A stretch of DNA of 64,000 nucleotides from an uncultured bacterium (GTDB lineage: Bacteria; Verrucomicrobiota; Lentisphaeria; Victivallales; UBA1829). The position numbers were made by a program, and so were the translations under genes. The notes beneath the pieces are model-generated. The model saw nothing but the letters and a program-made list of their open reading frames with translations. It ran no database searches and was not told the origin of the DNA. Positions 28,448 through 37,364 of this stretch are shown piece by piece; within the stretch, counting starts at the first letter, position 1; each line of letters begins with the position of its first letter. The stretch lies in assembly GCA_949297765.1 (NCBI GenBank), contig CASFTV010000005.1, positions 2,144-66,143 on the forward strand, in the 5' to 3' direction.

Positions 28448-29158
28448 ATGATGGCGGATTCAAACCGCATCCCGGTCCTGGAAAAGGCCGTCGAGATTCT
28501 GGAATACATTGCGTCGCATCCGGGCCCGGTCAGCCGCACCGAGCTTCAGAAGGCGCTGGGAATCCCTCAGGCCACCTGTTACCGGATCGTCGCGACTCTT
28601 GCTGGGAAAGGGTGGCTGGAGGCGTTCAGCGGCAACCGCTACGACCTGGCATGGCATCTCTGCCGCATGGCGCAGAAGAAGCGGTTTGATCCCCGGACCT
28701 ACCGGAAATTCCAGCCGCTTCTCAACCGCCTCGCCGGACGGATTCAGTTTCCGGTCAAACTCTCGATCCGGGAGGGAGAGGAGTTTCTGAACGTCTGTTC
28801 GGCGCAGGCGTCGTGGGATGTTTCGCTGTTTTCCGAACCGGGGACCCGGTCTCCGGTCGACTGCACAACCTCTGTCGGAACCGTTTTCTCCGCGGAAGAC
28901 GGCGGAGAAGGAGAGACGCCGGACGCACGGATCCGTCTTGCGGACTACCGCAGAGAGGGCTTCTCCTTCAATCCGGGTTCCACGGATCCCTCCGCACGCT
29001 TCCATGTGGACACGCTCTCGTTTCCGGTGCGCCGGGAAGGAAAACTTCTTGCGGTTCTCTCCGTCCTCAGCATTCCCGGAATGCTTGTCCGCGCGGACTG
29101 GAAGCGGATTGAAGCGGAAGTCCGCGACACAGCCGAACGCGTTCTGAAACTATTCTGA
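28448..29158 (+). CDS. IclR family transcriptional regulator
   Basis: N-terminal winged HTH VLEKAVEILEYIASHPGPVSRTELQKALGIPQATCYRIVATLAGKGWLE; the size and C-terminal effector-domain layout fit IclR. Confidence 0.8.
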   Translation: MMADSNRIPVLEKAVEILEYIASHPGPVSRTELQKALGIPQATCYRIVATLAGKGWLEAFSGNRYDLAWHLCRMAQKKRFDPRTYRKFQPLLNRLAGRIQFPVKLSIREGEEFLNVCSAQASWDVSLFSEPGTRSPVDCTTSVGTVFSAEDGGEGETPDARIRLADYRREGFSFNPGSTDPSARFHVDTLSFPVRREGKLLAVLSVLSIPGMLVRADWKRIEAEVRDTAERVLKLF

Positions 29159-31213
29159 GACAGCCGCCGGAGAATGCTCTTCCACTCTCCCGGAACGGAC
29201 ACCGCGTCCCGGCACTGCTCCGGCGGCGGCATCCAGATACACGGCCACAACCGAAGCAAATCCGTGACAGCAGCTTGCGGAAGGATCCTCTTTTTCCCAG
29301 AGGGTTCCGGTCTTCCGGGCCATCGGCAGCAGGCGTTCGACGCACTCTTTCCGGAAACGGCCGGCCCGTCCGCCGAGCAGCAGACTCCGGAAACGCAGAA
29401 CCAGACCGATGAACATGGCTGCCGGAACCATCTTTTCCGGAATTTTCTCCTCCAGCAGACGCGATTTCCAGCGTTCGAATTTCTCCGCACCGGGAGTCGG
29501 AACGCCGCAGAAATCGGCATAGTACTGGCCGATTTCACTGATATTTCCGCTTCTCTGCAGAACGCCGTCGCGCCGGACCGCATTGTCATGAAACCACTCG
29601 CCGTCAAAGGAGAGATCAAGGATCTTTTTCCGGAGCGTCTCCGCCCGGGCAAGAAGGGAATCGTCGGAATAACACTCTCCGGCCTCCCTGAGGCACTTCA
29701 TATAGAGCATATTGGTTGGAAAGTGGACATCCTGAAAGAAATTTCCGGCGTCGGACCATTCGATGAAGTTCCATCCGGGGAGATTTTCCAGGAATCCCTC
29801 GGGCCCGCGGAATTTCTCACATCCTTCCAGATAGCGCAGGAGACGCGGACGGATCCGGGCGGTGAAATCCATTCCGTTCCGCTGTTTTTTCTTTTCAAAA
29901 ATTTCCAGAAAGAGCCAGAAGGGCCATTGCGGAAGAAAGGATCCGCGGGGATTGTCCGCGGGAAAACACATGGGAATCATCCAGTCTTCGGGCAGAGGAT
30001 AGGAGGCGGGAAGGATGAAGTTTTCCAGGAAATCGTCCTCCACGTCGGTCCGTCCGGTGAGAAAGAATTCGGTTTCCGCCATGAAATAGCTGTCGCAGAG
30101 CCACGCGGCCCGCTCCCGTCCGGGACAATCCATGAAGACATCGGCCGTATTCTGACGGAAGGTTTCACAGGCCGCCGCATAGACGGTCTTCTCCTCCGCG
30201 GAAAGACCTCCGTTTTCCCGTCCGGGCAGAAAGAGGGAGGAGTCGAACGCATACTCCCGCAGACGGAAACGCTTCAGACGAACACTTCCGCTCAGAACGG
30301 AAACCGCGGCACAGCGCAGAGCATAGGGTTCGAAACTTTCCAGTTCGATTTTCTGTCCGGCTGCCATGCGGATCCGGAGGAAGTTGTTTGCCCAGAACGC
30401 CCTCCGAGGATCGCAGGTGCCGCCGACAAGCAGTTCATCCCAGACGATCCGCAGATCGCACCCTTCCCCGGACTCCAGTTCGAGCATCAGGAAACCGGTA
30501 TGGAGTTTCCCGAAATCATAAATTTCCGTTTTTTCCGCTCCGTCCGCGAGGACATCGGGGATGGGAGCGTCGATCCGTTCTGCCGTCCGGACCGTCGAAA
30601 GAACGGGGGCCGGCGCCCTTCTTGTCAGAAGACGCGGAAGGTGCGGAAGCGGAAGAGCTTCCACCTCCTCAAGCGGCGGATCCGATGACCGGAACCACTC
30701 CGCTCCCGCCGGGTTCCCGGAAAAATCATACTCCTCCACCAGATCACGCTGACGAGTCAGCTTGACGGCCTTCCAGTTCCGGAAGGGAAGACGACAGGCT
30801 CGGAAGGTTTTCCCATCCCCGGTCGATCCGAGCACGGTTCCATTCCGGTCCAGAAACGCCGCTTTGAGGAACGGCTGCTGTTTCGGACGGCAGAAATTCT
30901 CCGTTGCGCATCCGGCAACTTCCACGGCGACCGGAGTCCCCGGCGGCGCATTCAGCGGGATTCTGTCCACCCGGGCAAAGCCGAGCGGAGCACGCGCGGG
31001 CCCGTACGCCGTCACGATTCCGTTGAGATAAAGCCGGTAGATCGACGCCGCGGCAATCCGGAGTTCCACCGCTCCTTCCGGAAGCCGGGCGGTGAATCCG
31101 AGTTCCACTTCCGTTCCATGCCAGACTCCGGGCGTTGCTTCCCATTCAGAATCCGCAGTTGTTCGCTGCTGTTTTTCCATTGTATCCTTTCCCCGTCTCT
31201 GCCGCGGAACCAT
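29150..31213 (-). CDS. GH78-like (alpha-L-rhamnosidase family) six-hairpin glycosidase (alternative start at 31180)
   Basis: N-terminal beta-sandwich segment LRIAAASIYRLYLNG and catalytic-domain-like MDCPGRERAAWLCDSYF resemble bacterial alpha-L-rhamnosidases. The 3' end overlaps the convergent IclR gene by 9 nt. Confidence 0.55.
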   Translation of the reverse strand: MVPRQRRGKDTMEKQQRTTADSEWEATPGVWHGTEVELGFTARLPEGAVELRIAAASIYRLYLNGIVTAYGPARAPLGFARVDRIPLNAPPGTPVAVEVAGCATENFCRPKQQPFLKAAFLDRNGTVLGSTGDGKTFRACRLPFRNWKAVKLTRQRDLVEEYDFSGNPAGAEWFRSSDPPLEEVEALPLPHLPRLLTRRAPAPVLSTVRTAERIDAPIPDVLADGAEKTEIYDFGKLHTGFLMLELESGEGCDLRIVWDELLVGGTCDPRRAFWANNFLRIRMAAGQKIELESFEPYALRCAAVSVLSGSVRLKRFRLREYAFDSSLFLPGRENGGLSAEEKTVYAAACETFRQNTADVFMDCPGRERAAWLCDSYFMAETEFFLTGRTDVEDDFLENFILPASYPLPEDWMIPMCFPADNPRGSFLPQWPFWLFLEIFEKKKQRNGMDFTARIRPRLLRYLEGCEKFRGPEGFLENLPGWNFIEWSDAGNFFQDVHFPTNMLYMKCLREAGECYSDDSLLARAETLRKKILDLSFDGEWFHDNAVRRDGVLQRSGNISEIGQYYADFCGVPTPGAEKFERWKSRLLEEKIPEKMVPAAMFIGLVLRFRSLLLGGRAGRFRKECVERLLPMARKTGTLWEKEDPSASCCHGFASVVAVYLDAAAGAVPGRGVRSGRVEEHSPAAVSE

Positions 31214-31643
31214 CTGTGTTTCCCCGGCGTCCGGTAATCAATAGCCCCATTCCGGACGAATCGCAAGCGACGATCCGGAAAACAGAATCCGGAAAAACAC
31301 GTTATTTTTCATTTATGTGTATTTTTATCGTTGAATCAACTGTTTGTATATTTTAAAGCTGGTTTCTCTTCATCCAAAATGATTGAGCTGGATTTTCCGG
31401 AAATTCGTTTTTCATTGTTCTTCCGGAGCCGGTCTTCCGCAGCGGTTTTCCGAAAAAAGACCGGCGGGGAATTCATCCGTACAAGAAAAAATTCCTATTC
31501 AAAATGGCCGTTCTGGTGAAAAACAGATCCGGAAAGAGAAATTTTTCCTTAAAAAAATACACAAACACAAATAACAGAAACAGAAAATGCACAGAAACAG
31601 AAAAAAAACGGAACAAAAAACGGAGCGATCCATTTTCCGCTTC

Positions 31644-31671
31644 TTGTGGATTTGCATTTTCCTGATATAAT
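31644..31671 (+). promoter_or_regulatory. Candidate sigma70 promoter for the second prepilin-like gene
   Basis: TTGTGG (31644-31649), 16-nt spacer, TATAAT (31666-31671). It is preceded by a 70-nt A/C-rich tract at 31551-31620. Confidence 0.4.
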
Positions 31672-31763
31672 ATTCATACGGAAAGCGCTCCGGGGAATCC
31701 GCAGAGGCGGGTCGGAACGCGGAAAATGAAGGATTTTTACAACAAAGCCGGGAGTAAGGATTC

Positions 31764-32525
31764 ATGATGTTTCGATTGAACTCAAAACAATTTACGCTGA
31801 TAGAACTTCTGATCACGGTTGCGATTCTTGCGATTCTCGTCGGGCTTCTGCTGCCGGCCTTGAATTCGGCGCGGGAGAAGGCGCGCGGAGCGACGTGTCT
31901 TTCCAATCTGAAACAGTGCGGACTTGCGATCCACTCCTATGCGGGAGACAACAACGACTATGCGGCACTCCGGGAAGCGGGAACGGGATGGGTCTCTTTC
32001 TTTGCGGACGTTCCGGATGAACGCATCGCCAACCGTCCGAACAGCGGAACGAAATATCTCAGCAAGGGCTGCGCGGTCTGTCCTTCGGTGAAGCCGGGGA
32101 AATACGACACCTCCACAAGCGACAAAGCCAAAGAGGCATACGCATACAATTATACGGGCAGAGTGGCACGAGGCACCTTCAATTTTGCCGCGGGCGATTA
32201 CGATCTGATCCTCCGTCTCTCGGATCCGAAACGCGCGCTGGAAGGGTTGAGGAGCACCATCACCACGATGAACCGGAATTGCGATGTTCTGCCTCTTCTG
32301 TTCGACTCCTGGTCGATCGGGCAGCAGAGCCAGTGGACGTGGGGATCACCTCAGCCGACACTCTCCGCGACCGACTCCACCGTGGGGCTCCACCACAGCG
32401 GACGCGGAAATGTTCTGCTGTTCGACGGAAGTGCGAACTCCTATGACAGAACCGGCGTCTGGAACCATCTCGGTTTCAATTTTGCCGCAGTGGGAGAGGC
32501 GTCACAGTACATTCCGACCCACTGA
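31764..32525 (+). CDS. Prepilin-type N-terminal cleavage/methylation domain protein, DUF1559 / H-X9-DG family
   Basis: [53 protein letters not shown]. The C-terminal [12 protein letters not shown] fits H-X9-DG exactly. Confidence 0.88.
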   Translation: MMFRLNSKQFTLIELLITVAILAILVGLLLPALNSAREKARGATCLSNLKQCGLAIHSYAGDNNDYAALREAGTGWVSFFADVPDERIANRPNSGTKYLSKGCAVCPSVKPGKYDTSTSDKAKEAYAYNYTGRVARGTFNFAAGDYDLILRLSDPKRALEGLRSTITTMNRNCDVLPLLFDSWSIGQQSQWTWGSPQPTLSATDSTVGLHHSGRGNVLLFDGSANSYDRTGVWNHLGFNFAAVGEASQYIPTH

Positions 32526-32560
32526 CACCAACACGACAATATAACAAAAGGATTTTCCGA

Positions 32561-35362
32561 ATGATGCATCGAATGCAACACTCTCTCCTGTTTTTCTGCG
32601 CTTTCGGAGCGCTGATCTGTACGGAAGCGGCCGAGTCGATTCTGACCATCGACGCCGCCTCCGCCGCAGCCCCCGCGATAGAACGGAAGACTCAGCCGTC
32701 CGGCACCAGGGTCTTCGCGTTCAACTGCGCCGTCGACCGTTATTTCACCGTCAAAATGCCGAAATCGCCGGGAAAGAATTTTTCTCTTTCCGCATGGTTC
32801 AATCCGGACGGGATTCCGAACCGGATCGGAAAATTTTCCCTTCTGGGCGAGAAAGAGGGACGACTCCGGCTTTCCTATACGCCGGCCAAACGCTTTGAAG
32901 TGGAATTCAAGCTGGCGAACGGGAAAGCGGAAGTCATTCGAAGCCAGCCGCTTCCGTCCGATCAATGGTATCACGTCACGTTTGTCTGCCTCGGGGACAA
33001 GCGAAGGGCGCGGATCTATATCAACGGACAGATTCACCATCAGAGCGTCCTTTCCGATGCGCCGATGCCTCCCGACGGCGAATTCTGCATCGGATGCGCC
33101 GATCCGAAAGCTGCGAAACCGTTCTGGTGCAACGCTCTTGCCAATGAAATTCAACTGTTCGACACCGCTCTCGAACCCGGAGAAATCAAACGGCGTTTTG
33201 AACGGGAATCCGTCCGCTACGAGGAAAGCGGGAAATCTCCGCTCGCAGCGGCACAGACGAAACCTTCGGGAAAATTTATCCTTCTTCCGCCGTTTGCCGA
33301 TCATGCGGTCTCCGAACAGCGCAAAAAGGAACTGCGCACGGAACTCCCGAAACAGATGGAACAATATCTACGGGAAATCTCCGCTCTCCAGGACCGCCTG
33401 AACCGCGCGCTCGACGGACGGAACTGTGTCCAGAAGGAACGGATCGGAAAACGCGGTGAAATCGTCAGGAATCTGGAGAGCTTCATCCGCCGGAATCTGG
33501 CAGCGGGCGACGTCAGCGGTCTCCTGTACGCGGCCAGCGGCGTGCAGGATTTGAAACGGTTTATCGACTACTTCCGTCTTGAGGCGGAATGCGTCGCGAA
33601 ATTTCCATGGGAGCCTTCCGGGAAACATCCGGGGAACAATCCGAAGATCTTCAACGTGAAGGAGTTCGGTGCAAAGGGTGACGGAATTTCCGATGACTCC
33701 GCCGCATTTGTAAAAGCGCTGGATGCAATGGCGGCGCTCAAAGGAGCCCCCTCCATTCTGCGCATTCCCGCTGGGACCTATTTCTTCAACAGTTTCGTTC
33801 CCGCGCCGAAGAAACCGGCGGAAAAAAACGGCTGTCATGTCCGCATCCATCTGGAGAACGCGCTGATCGAGGGAGAGAATCCCGAAACGACAAAATTCCT
33901 GTTCGGACGCACCGCGGCGGGAGTTTACATGGAACGCTGCCGGAACGTGACCGTGCGCAATCTGATGCTTCAGTACCGGGATACGCCGTTCTGCCAGGGA
34001 ACGGTATTGTCGGTCGATCTGCCGAACAACACCGTCACGATCCGTCATGATCCGGGGACTCTGACCCCGGACGATCCCTCCTACCGGAGCAATCCGCGCT
34101 TCCAGTGCTGCACGGCCTATACGCCGGACGGGAACCTTGTCCGGACACAGTTCCTGGTCTACAACGAGAAGAAGGCGGACTCTCTCGGCGACGGGAAATA
34201 CCGGATCCACATGGATAAGCGCTATTCCGTCCGGCACGTCCGTCCGGGCCTGAAGTTTGTGATTCCGAACCGCCGCGGGGAGTGTCCGAGCTTTCCGACG
34301 GGGGACAGCGTCCTCTGCACGGCAGAAAACATTCATATCCGCAACTCTCCTGCGGCGGCGTTCCAGACCTGGGGCGGCTACTGGAATTCATGGGTCGGGT
34401 GCAAACTGTATCCGCTTCCCGGACGGTATCTGGCATCCAACGCGGATTTCCTGATCGCGGGGAACGGGAGTTACATCTCCGGCTGTTCGGTGCGGAATCC
34501 CGGCGACGACTGCTTCAATGCGTTCGTCGGAGGCAAAAATATCATTGATGCGGAAGGCACCATGGCGCGTTTTCCGTCGATGCCGGGCGAATCCGGTCCG
34601 GGAAGCATGCTGACCTTCATTTCCGGTGCGACCGGTCAGACTCTCGCTCTTGCGAAAATCCGTTCCACCTCCGTGAAAAACGGGGAAACCATCGCTGTTC
34701 TGGAGGAACCCCTGCCCGACACAATCGTCAGCAGGAAAAAAGGAGGACTGAAAAAACTCTCTCCCGTGCAGGAGGATCTAGTCTCCCGCGCTCTGATCCG
34801 CTACGATTTCCGCCGCGACGCAGTCTACGATCCGCGTCAGTGGGGAATCGGCACGGTTGCCAGCGGCAACTTCTTTGCACATGCCCGCGCCGGCATCAAC
34901 ATTCAGTCCTCGTGTTCTCTGGTGGAAAACAACGTGTTTGAGAATATTCCGATGGGAGTCGGCATTGCGGTCTCGTGCCTTCTCGGCGTGCATGAAGGCC
35001 CCGCGCCCTACAGCATCGCCGTACGGGGGAACACCGTTCGCGACGCATGGGCGGGACTCCGGACCTTCACATTCAACCAGAACATGGAACCCGCACACTG
35101 CGCCCCGATCCGCGGACTTCTCTTTGAAAACAACCGCTGGAACGAAACCGGCGGACTGATCCTCAAAAATATTTCCGACACTCTCTTCCGCGGAAATGAA
35201 ATTTCCGGGAAAAACGGGAAGAACAGTTTCGGGGAAGTGGAAAACAGCATTTCCATCGACCGCTCTTCGAATGTGACCTTCACAGACAACCGCTATCTCG
35301 GAAAACCGCTGACGGCAAAAGATCTCTCCATAAAGGAAAGTGAAGACATTTCCGTAAAATAA
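32561..35362 (+). CDS. Large secreted protein: LamG/concanavalin-like domain plus right-handed parallel beta-helix (pectate-lyase superfamily) domain
   Basis: Signal peptide present. The LamG-like region includes LSAWFNPDG...WYHVTFV...IYINGQ. The beta-helix N-cap motif is FNVKEFGAKGDGISDDSAAFVKALDA...LRIPAGTYFF. Confidence 0.65.
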   Translation: MMHRMQHSLLFFCAFGALICTEAAESILTIDAASAAAPAIERKTQPSGTRVFAFNCAVDRYFTVKMPKSPGKNFSLSAWFNPDGIPNRIGKFSLLGEKEGRLRLSYTPAKRFEVEFKLANGKAEVIRSQPLPSDQWYHVTFVCLGDKRRARIYINGQIHHQSVLSDAPMPPDGEFCIGCADPKAAKPFWCNALANEIQLFDTALEPGEIKRRFERESVRYEESGKSPLAAAQTKPSGKFILLPPFADHAVSEQRKKELRTELPKQMEQYLREISALQDRLNRALDGRNCVQKERIGKRGEIVRNLESFIRRNLAAGDVSGLLYAASGVQDLKRFIDYFRLEAECVAKFPWEPSGKHPGNNPKIFNVKEFGAKGDGISDDSAAFVKALDAMAALKGAPSILRIPAGTYFFNSFVPAPKKPAEKNGCHVRIHLENALIEGENPETTKFLFGRTAAGVYMERCRNVTVRNLMLQYRDTPFCQGTVLSVDLPNNTVTIRHDPGTLTPDDPSYRSNPRFQCCTAYTPDGNLVRTQFLVYNEKKADSLGDGKYRIHMDKRYSVRHVRPGLKFVIPNRRGECPSFPTGDSVLCTAENIHIRNSPAAAFQTWGGYWNSWVGCKLYPLPGRYLASNADFLIAGNGSYISGCSVRNPGDDCFNAFVGGKNIIDAEGTMARFPSMPGESGPGSMLTFISGATGQTLALAKIRSTSVKNGETIAVLEEPLPDTIVSRKKGGLKKLSPVQEDLVSRALIRYDFRRDAVYDPRQWGIGTVASGNFFAHARAGINIQSSCSLVENNVFENIPMGVGIAVSCLLGVHEGPAPYSIAVRGNTVRDAWAGLRTFTFNQNMEPAHCAPIRGLLFENNRWNETGGLILKNISDTLFRGNEISGKNGKNSFGEVENSISIDRSSNVTFTDNRYLGKPLTAKDLSIKESEDISVK

Positions 35363-35377
35363 CACAGCGGACAAATC

Positions 35378-35406
35378 TTGCAAAGAAACAGAACACGGTG
35401 TATACT
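35378..35406 (+). promoter_or_regulatory. Candidate sigma70 promoter placed so that the transcript would be leaderless or nearly so
   Basis: TTGCAA (35378-35383), 17-nt spacer, TATACT (35401-35406). The ATG of the downstream gene is at 35415, 9 nt after the -10, and no Shine-Dalgarno sequence lies between them. Confidence 0.4.
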
Positions 35407-35414
35407 GCTCCGTC

Positions 35415-36482
35415 ATGACGAAACGAAACTACACAACCCGGGCCAAAGTGCTGGAAATGCTGCGGGACTATCTCCGGGGAATGGCGCTCTCCAATCAGGA
35501 TCGCCTTCCCGGAGAGCAGACCCTTGCGGATCTGTTCCATGTCTCCCGCCGCACACTGCACAAAGGAATCCTGGACCTGGAGGAACAGAAACTTCTGGTC
35601 CGGAACGGCCGCAGCCGGCGCTATGTGCAGGAGTACAGGAATCTTGCGAGAGCGGGAAAAATTCTGTTTCTTTCGGTGGGACGTCATTACAGCTTCCGCT
35701 TTCCGGCGATGGAACGGCTCTGGAATATGCTTCATCCGCTGCTGCTCCGTCACGGAGCGGACGTCCGCCTGTTTCTGGCCGACGAGGGAACGGACCGGAA
35801 AAGCATTCTGGAACAGATGGACCGGTCCGATGTGATCCTGTTTGCAGGCTGTCTCTCCTCGGAACAGGAGAAGACCATGCAGTCGCTCTTCCAGTTTCAG
35901 AACACTGGGACGGTCATCAGTCTGCTGGAAACGCAGACTCAGAATTTCCGCAACATGATCGTTCTGGACAACTATGCGGCAGGCCGGATGGCGGCGGAAT
36001 ACCTGATGGATGCAGGCTGCCGGAAAATGCTCGGAATCTGGGAGTTCTGCACAAATCAGGATTTTTCCCGGCGGGCGCAGGGGTTCGCCGACAGCCTCTC
36101 GGCCCACTATCTCGGCGGAATTGAATCCATTCTCTGGGTTCCCACGGCGACCGGGAAACAGGCTCTGCGCGAAACGGTGGACTGGGCAGTCTCCAAAGAA
36201 TTTGACGGGATCTATCTGATGAGCGATGAATCCATCGGCGACATTCTGGACCGTCACATCCGGTCCGGCCGGATCCCGTCCCGGACCAGGGTCATCACGG
36301 TCGACGGCACGCAAGAGTGTCTGCGCATGACCCCCTCCGTTCCCTACATCAATCATGCCAGCGACAAAATCGCGGAAGAGCTTCTGGAACAGATCACTCT
36401 GATTGCGCGCCGGACCTTCAAACATGTCCGGAAACATGTGTATCCGACGCTGTGCGATCCCCGGACTTTCCGTTCTCCGTAA
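35415..36482 (+). CDS. Transcriptional regulator, GntR-type HTH fused to a LacI/PBP1-like sugar-binding domain
   Basis: LPGEQTLADLFHVSRRTLHKGILDLEEQKLLVR is a GntR winged HTH. The remaining ~280 aa resemble a periplasmic-binding-protein type I fold. Confidence 0.8.
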   Translation: MTKRNYTTRAKVLEMLRDYLRGMALSNQDRLPGEQTLADLFHVSRRTLHKGILDLEEQKLLVRNGRSRRYVQEYRNLARAGKILFLSVGRHYSFRFPAMERLWNMLHPLLLRHGADVRLFLADEGTDRKSILEQMDRSDVILFAGCLSSEQEKTMQSLFQFQNTGTVISLLETQTQNFRNMIVLDNYAAGRMAAEYLMDAGCRKMLGIWEFCTNQDFSRRAQGFADSLSAHYLGGIESILWVPTATGKQALRETVDWAVSKEFDGIYLMSDESIGDILDRHIRSGRIPSRTRVITVDGTQECLRMTPSVPYINHASDKIAEELLEQITLIARRTFKHVRKHVYPTLCDPRTFRSP

Positions 36483-36539
36483 AGCCCCTTCCGCATGTTC
36501 TGTCCGGATTCTGATCCGGAAAATCTGCGGTAATTTCCG

Positions 36540-37355
36540 TTATTTCTCGTAGATCCAGGGTTCGGTCAGGGTGAAATCCGCGTCCGGGAGATCGGGGTTC
36601 AGAACAAACGAGACAATCCGCGTCACATCCGTTTTCCCTCCGACGGTCACAAGCAGTTTTTTCGCCATTTTCACTCCGGCGAACCATGCATAGTCCTCCG
36701 AGATTGCCGTATAGAGCGAGCGCCCGCCGCCCTGGGTGTAGAGAATTGTTTCGAGCTTGCGGGTCAGATACGTTTCCGCGTCAATGTAAAAGACATAGGG
36801 GGCAATTCCGGGATCGTCCACCCGGCAGATCAGACGGTAATATTTCTCTCCCGCCTGATACGTCACGTCGATCTCCACGGTTTTAAAGATCTCTTCATAC
36901 TGGTTGCCCGGCTTCAGCATTCCGGAGAAGGTCTTGACCAGATTCAGCGGTGTTCCGGAAGGGATCTTGCTGCTTTTCATATTGATCGGATTGATGTACC
37001 ATGCCTCGCCGTCCTTGTACAGAATCATCAGGAACGCCTTCCCGTTCTTGATGGAGACCTGCTTGACGGAATCCGGCTTCTTGAACAGAACGACCGTATT
37101 GTAAAAATCGCGGTTTTTCTGTTCGGAAACAGATTCCACTTCCTGTACCAGTTTATAGGTTTTCGCGTTGGCGTAGAGTTTTTTCGGATCTGTGGCCGCG
37201 GTCATCCGCTGATAGAGTTCGTTGACCGTGATATCCGCGGGTTCTCCGGCCTCCAGCTCCAGCAGATCCTCCCGGGAAAACGAACAGGACGATGCGGTCA
37301 GCACAATTCCGGAAAGAAGAACCCAGGAAAAAATTCGCGGGAGAAATGGCTTCAT
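36540..37355 (-). CDS. Hypothetical lipoprotein (LolA-like / outer-membrane lipoprotein-sorting fold possible)
   Basis: Signal peptide with the lipobox LTASSC. Predicted beta-rich 271-aa protein with no recognised catalytic motif. Confidence 0.5.
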   Translation of the reverse strand: MKPFLPRIFSWVLLSGIVLTASSCSFSREDLLELEAGEPADITVNELYQRMTAATDPKKLYANAKTYKLVQEVESVSEQKNRDFYNTVVLFKKPDSVKQVSIKNGKAFLMILYKDGEAWYINPINMKSSKIPSGTPLNLVKTFSGMLKPGNQYEEIFKTVEIDVTYQAGEKYYRLICRVDDPGIAPYVFYIDAETYLTRKLETILYTQGGGRSLYTAISEDYAWFAGVKMAKKLLVTVGGKTDVTRIVSFVLNPDLPDADFTLTEPWIYEK

Positions 37356-37364
37356 GAATCACCT

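Noticed and set aside
31551-31620. Short direct repeats (ACAGAAACAGAAAA x2) as a possible CRISPR array or tandem repeat locus.
   Set aside because: There are only two adjacent 14-nt copies within a homopurine-like A/C tract, with no spacer-repeat periodicity and no cas genes in the window.
36483-36539. Hairpin TCCGGAT-tctg-ATCCGGA between convergent genes as a terminator.
   Set aside because: The stem is short and only moderately GC-rich, and no U-tract follows on either strand. It is too weak to call.
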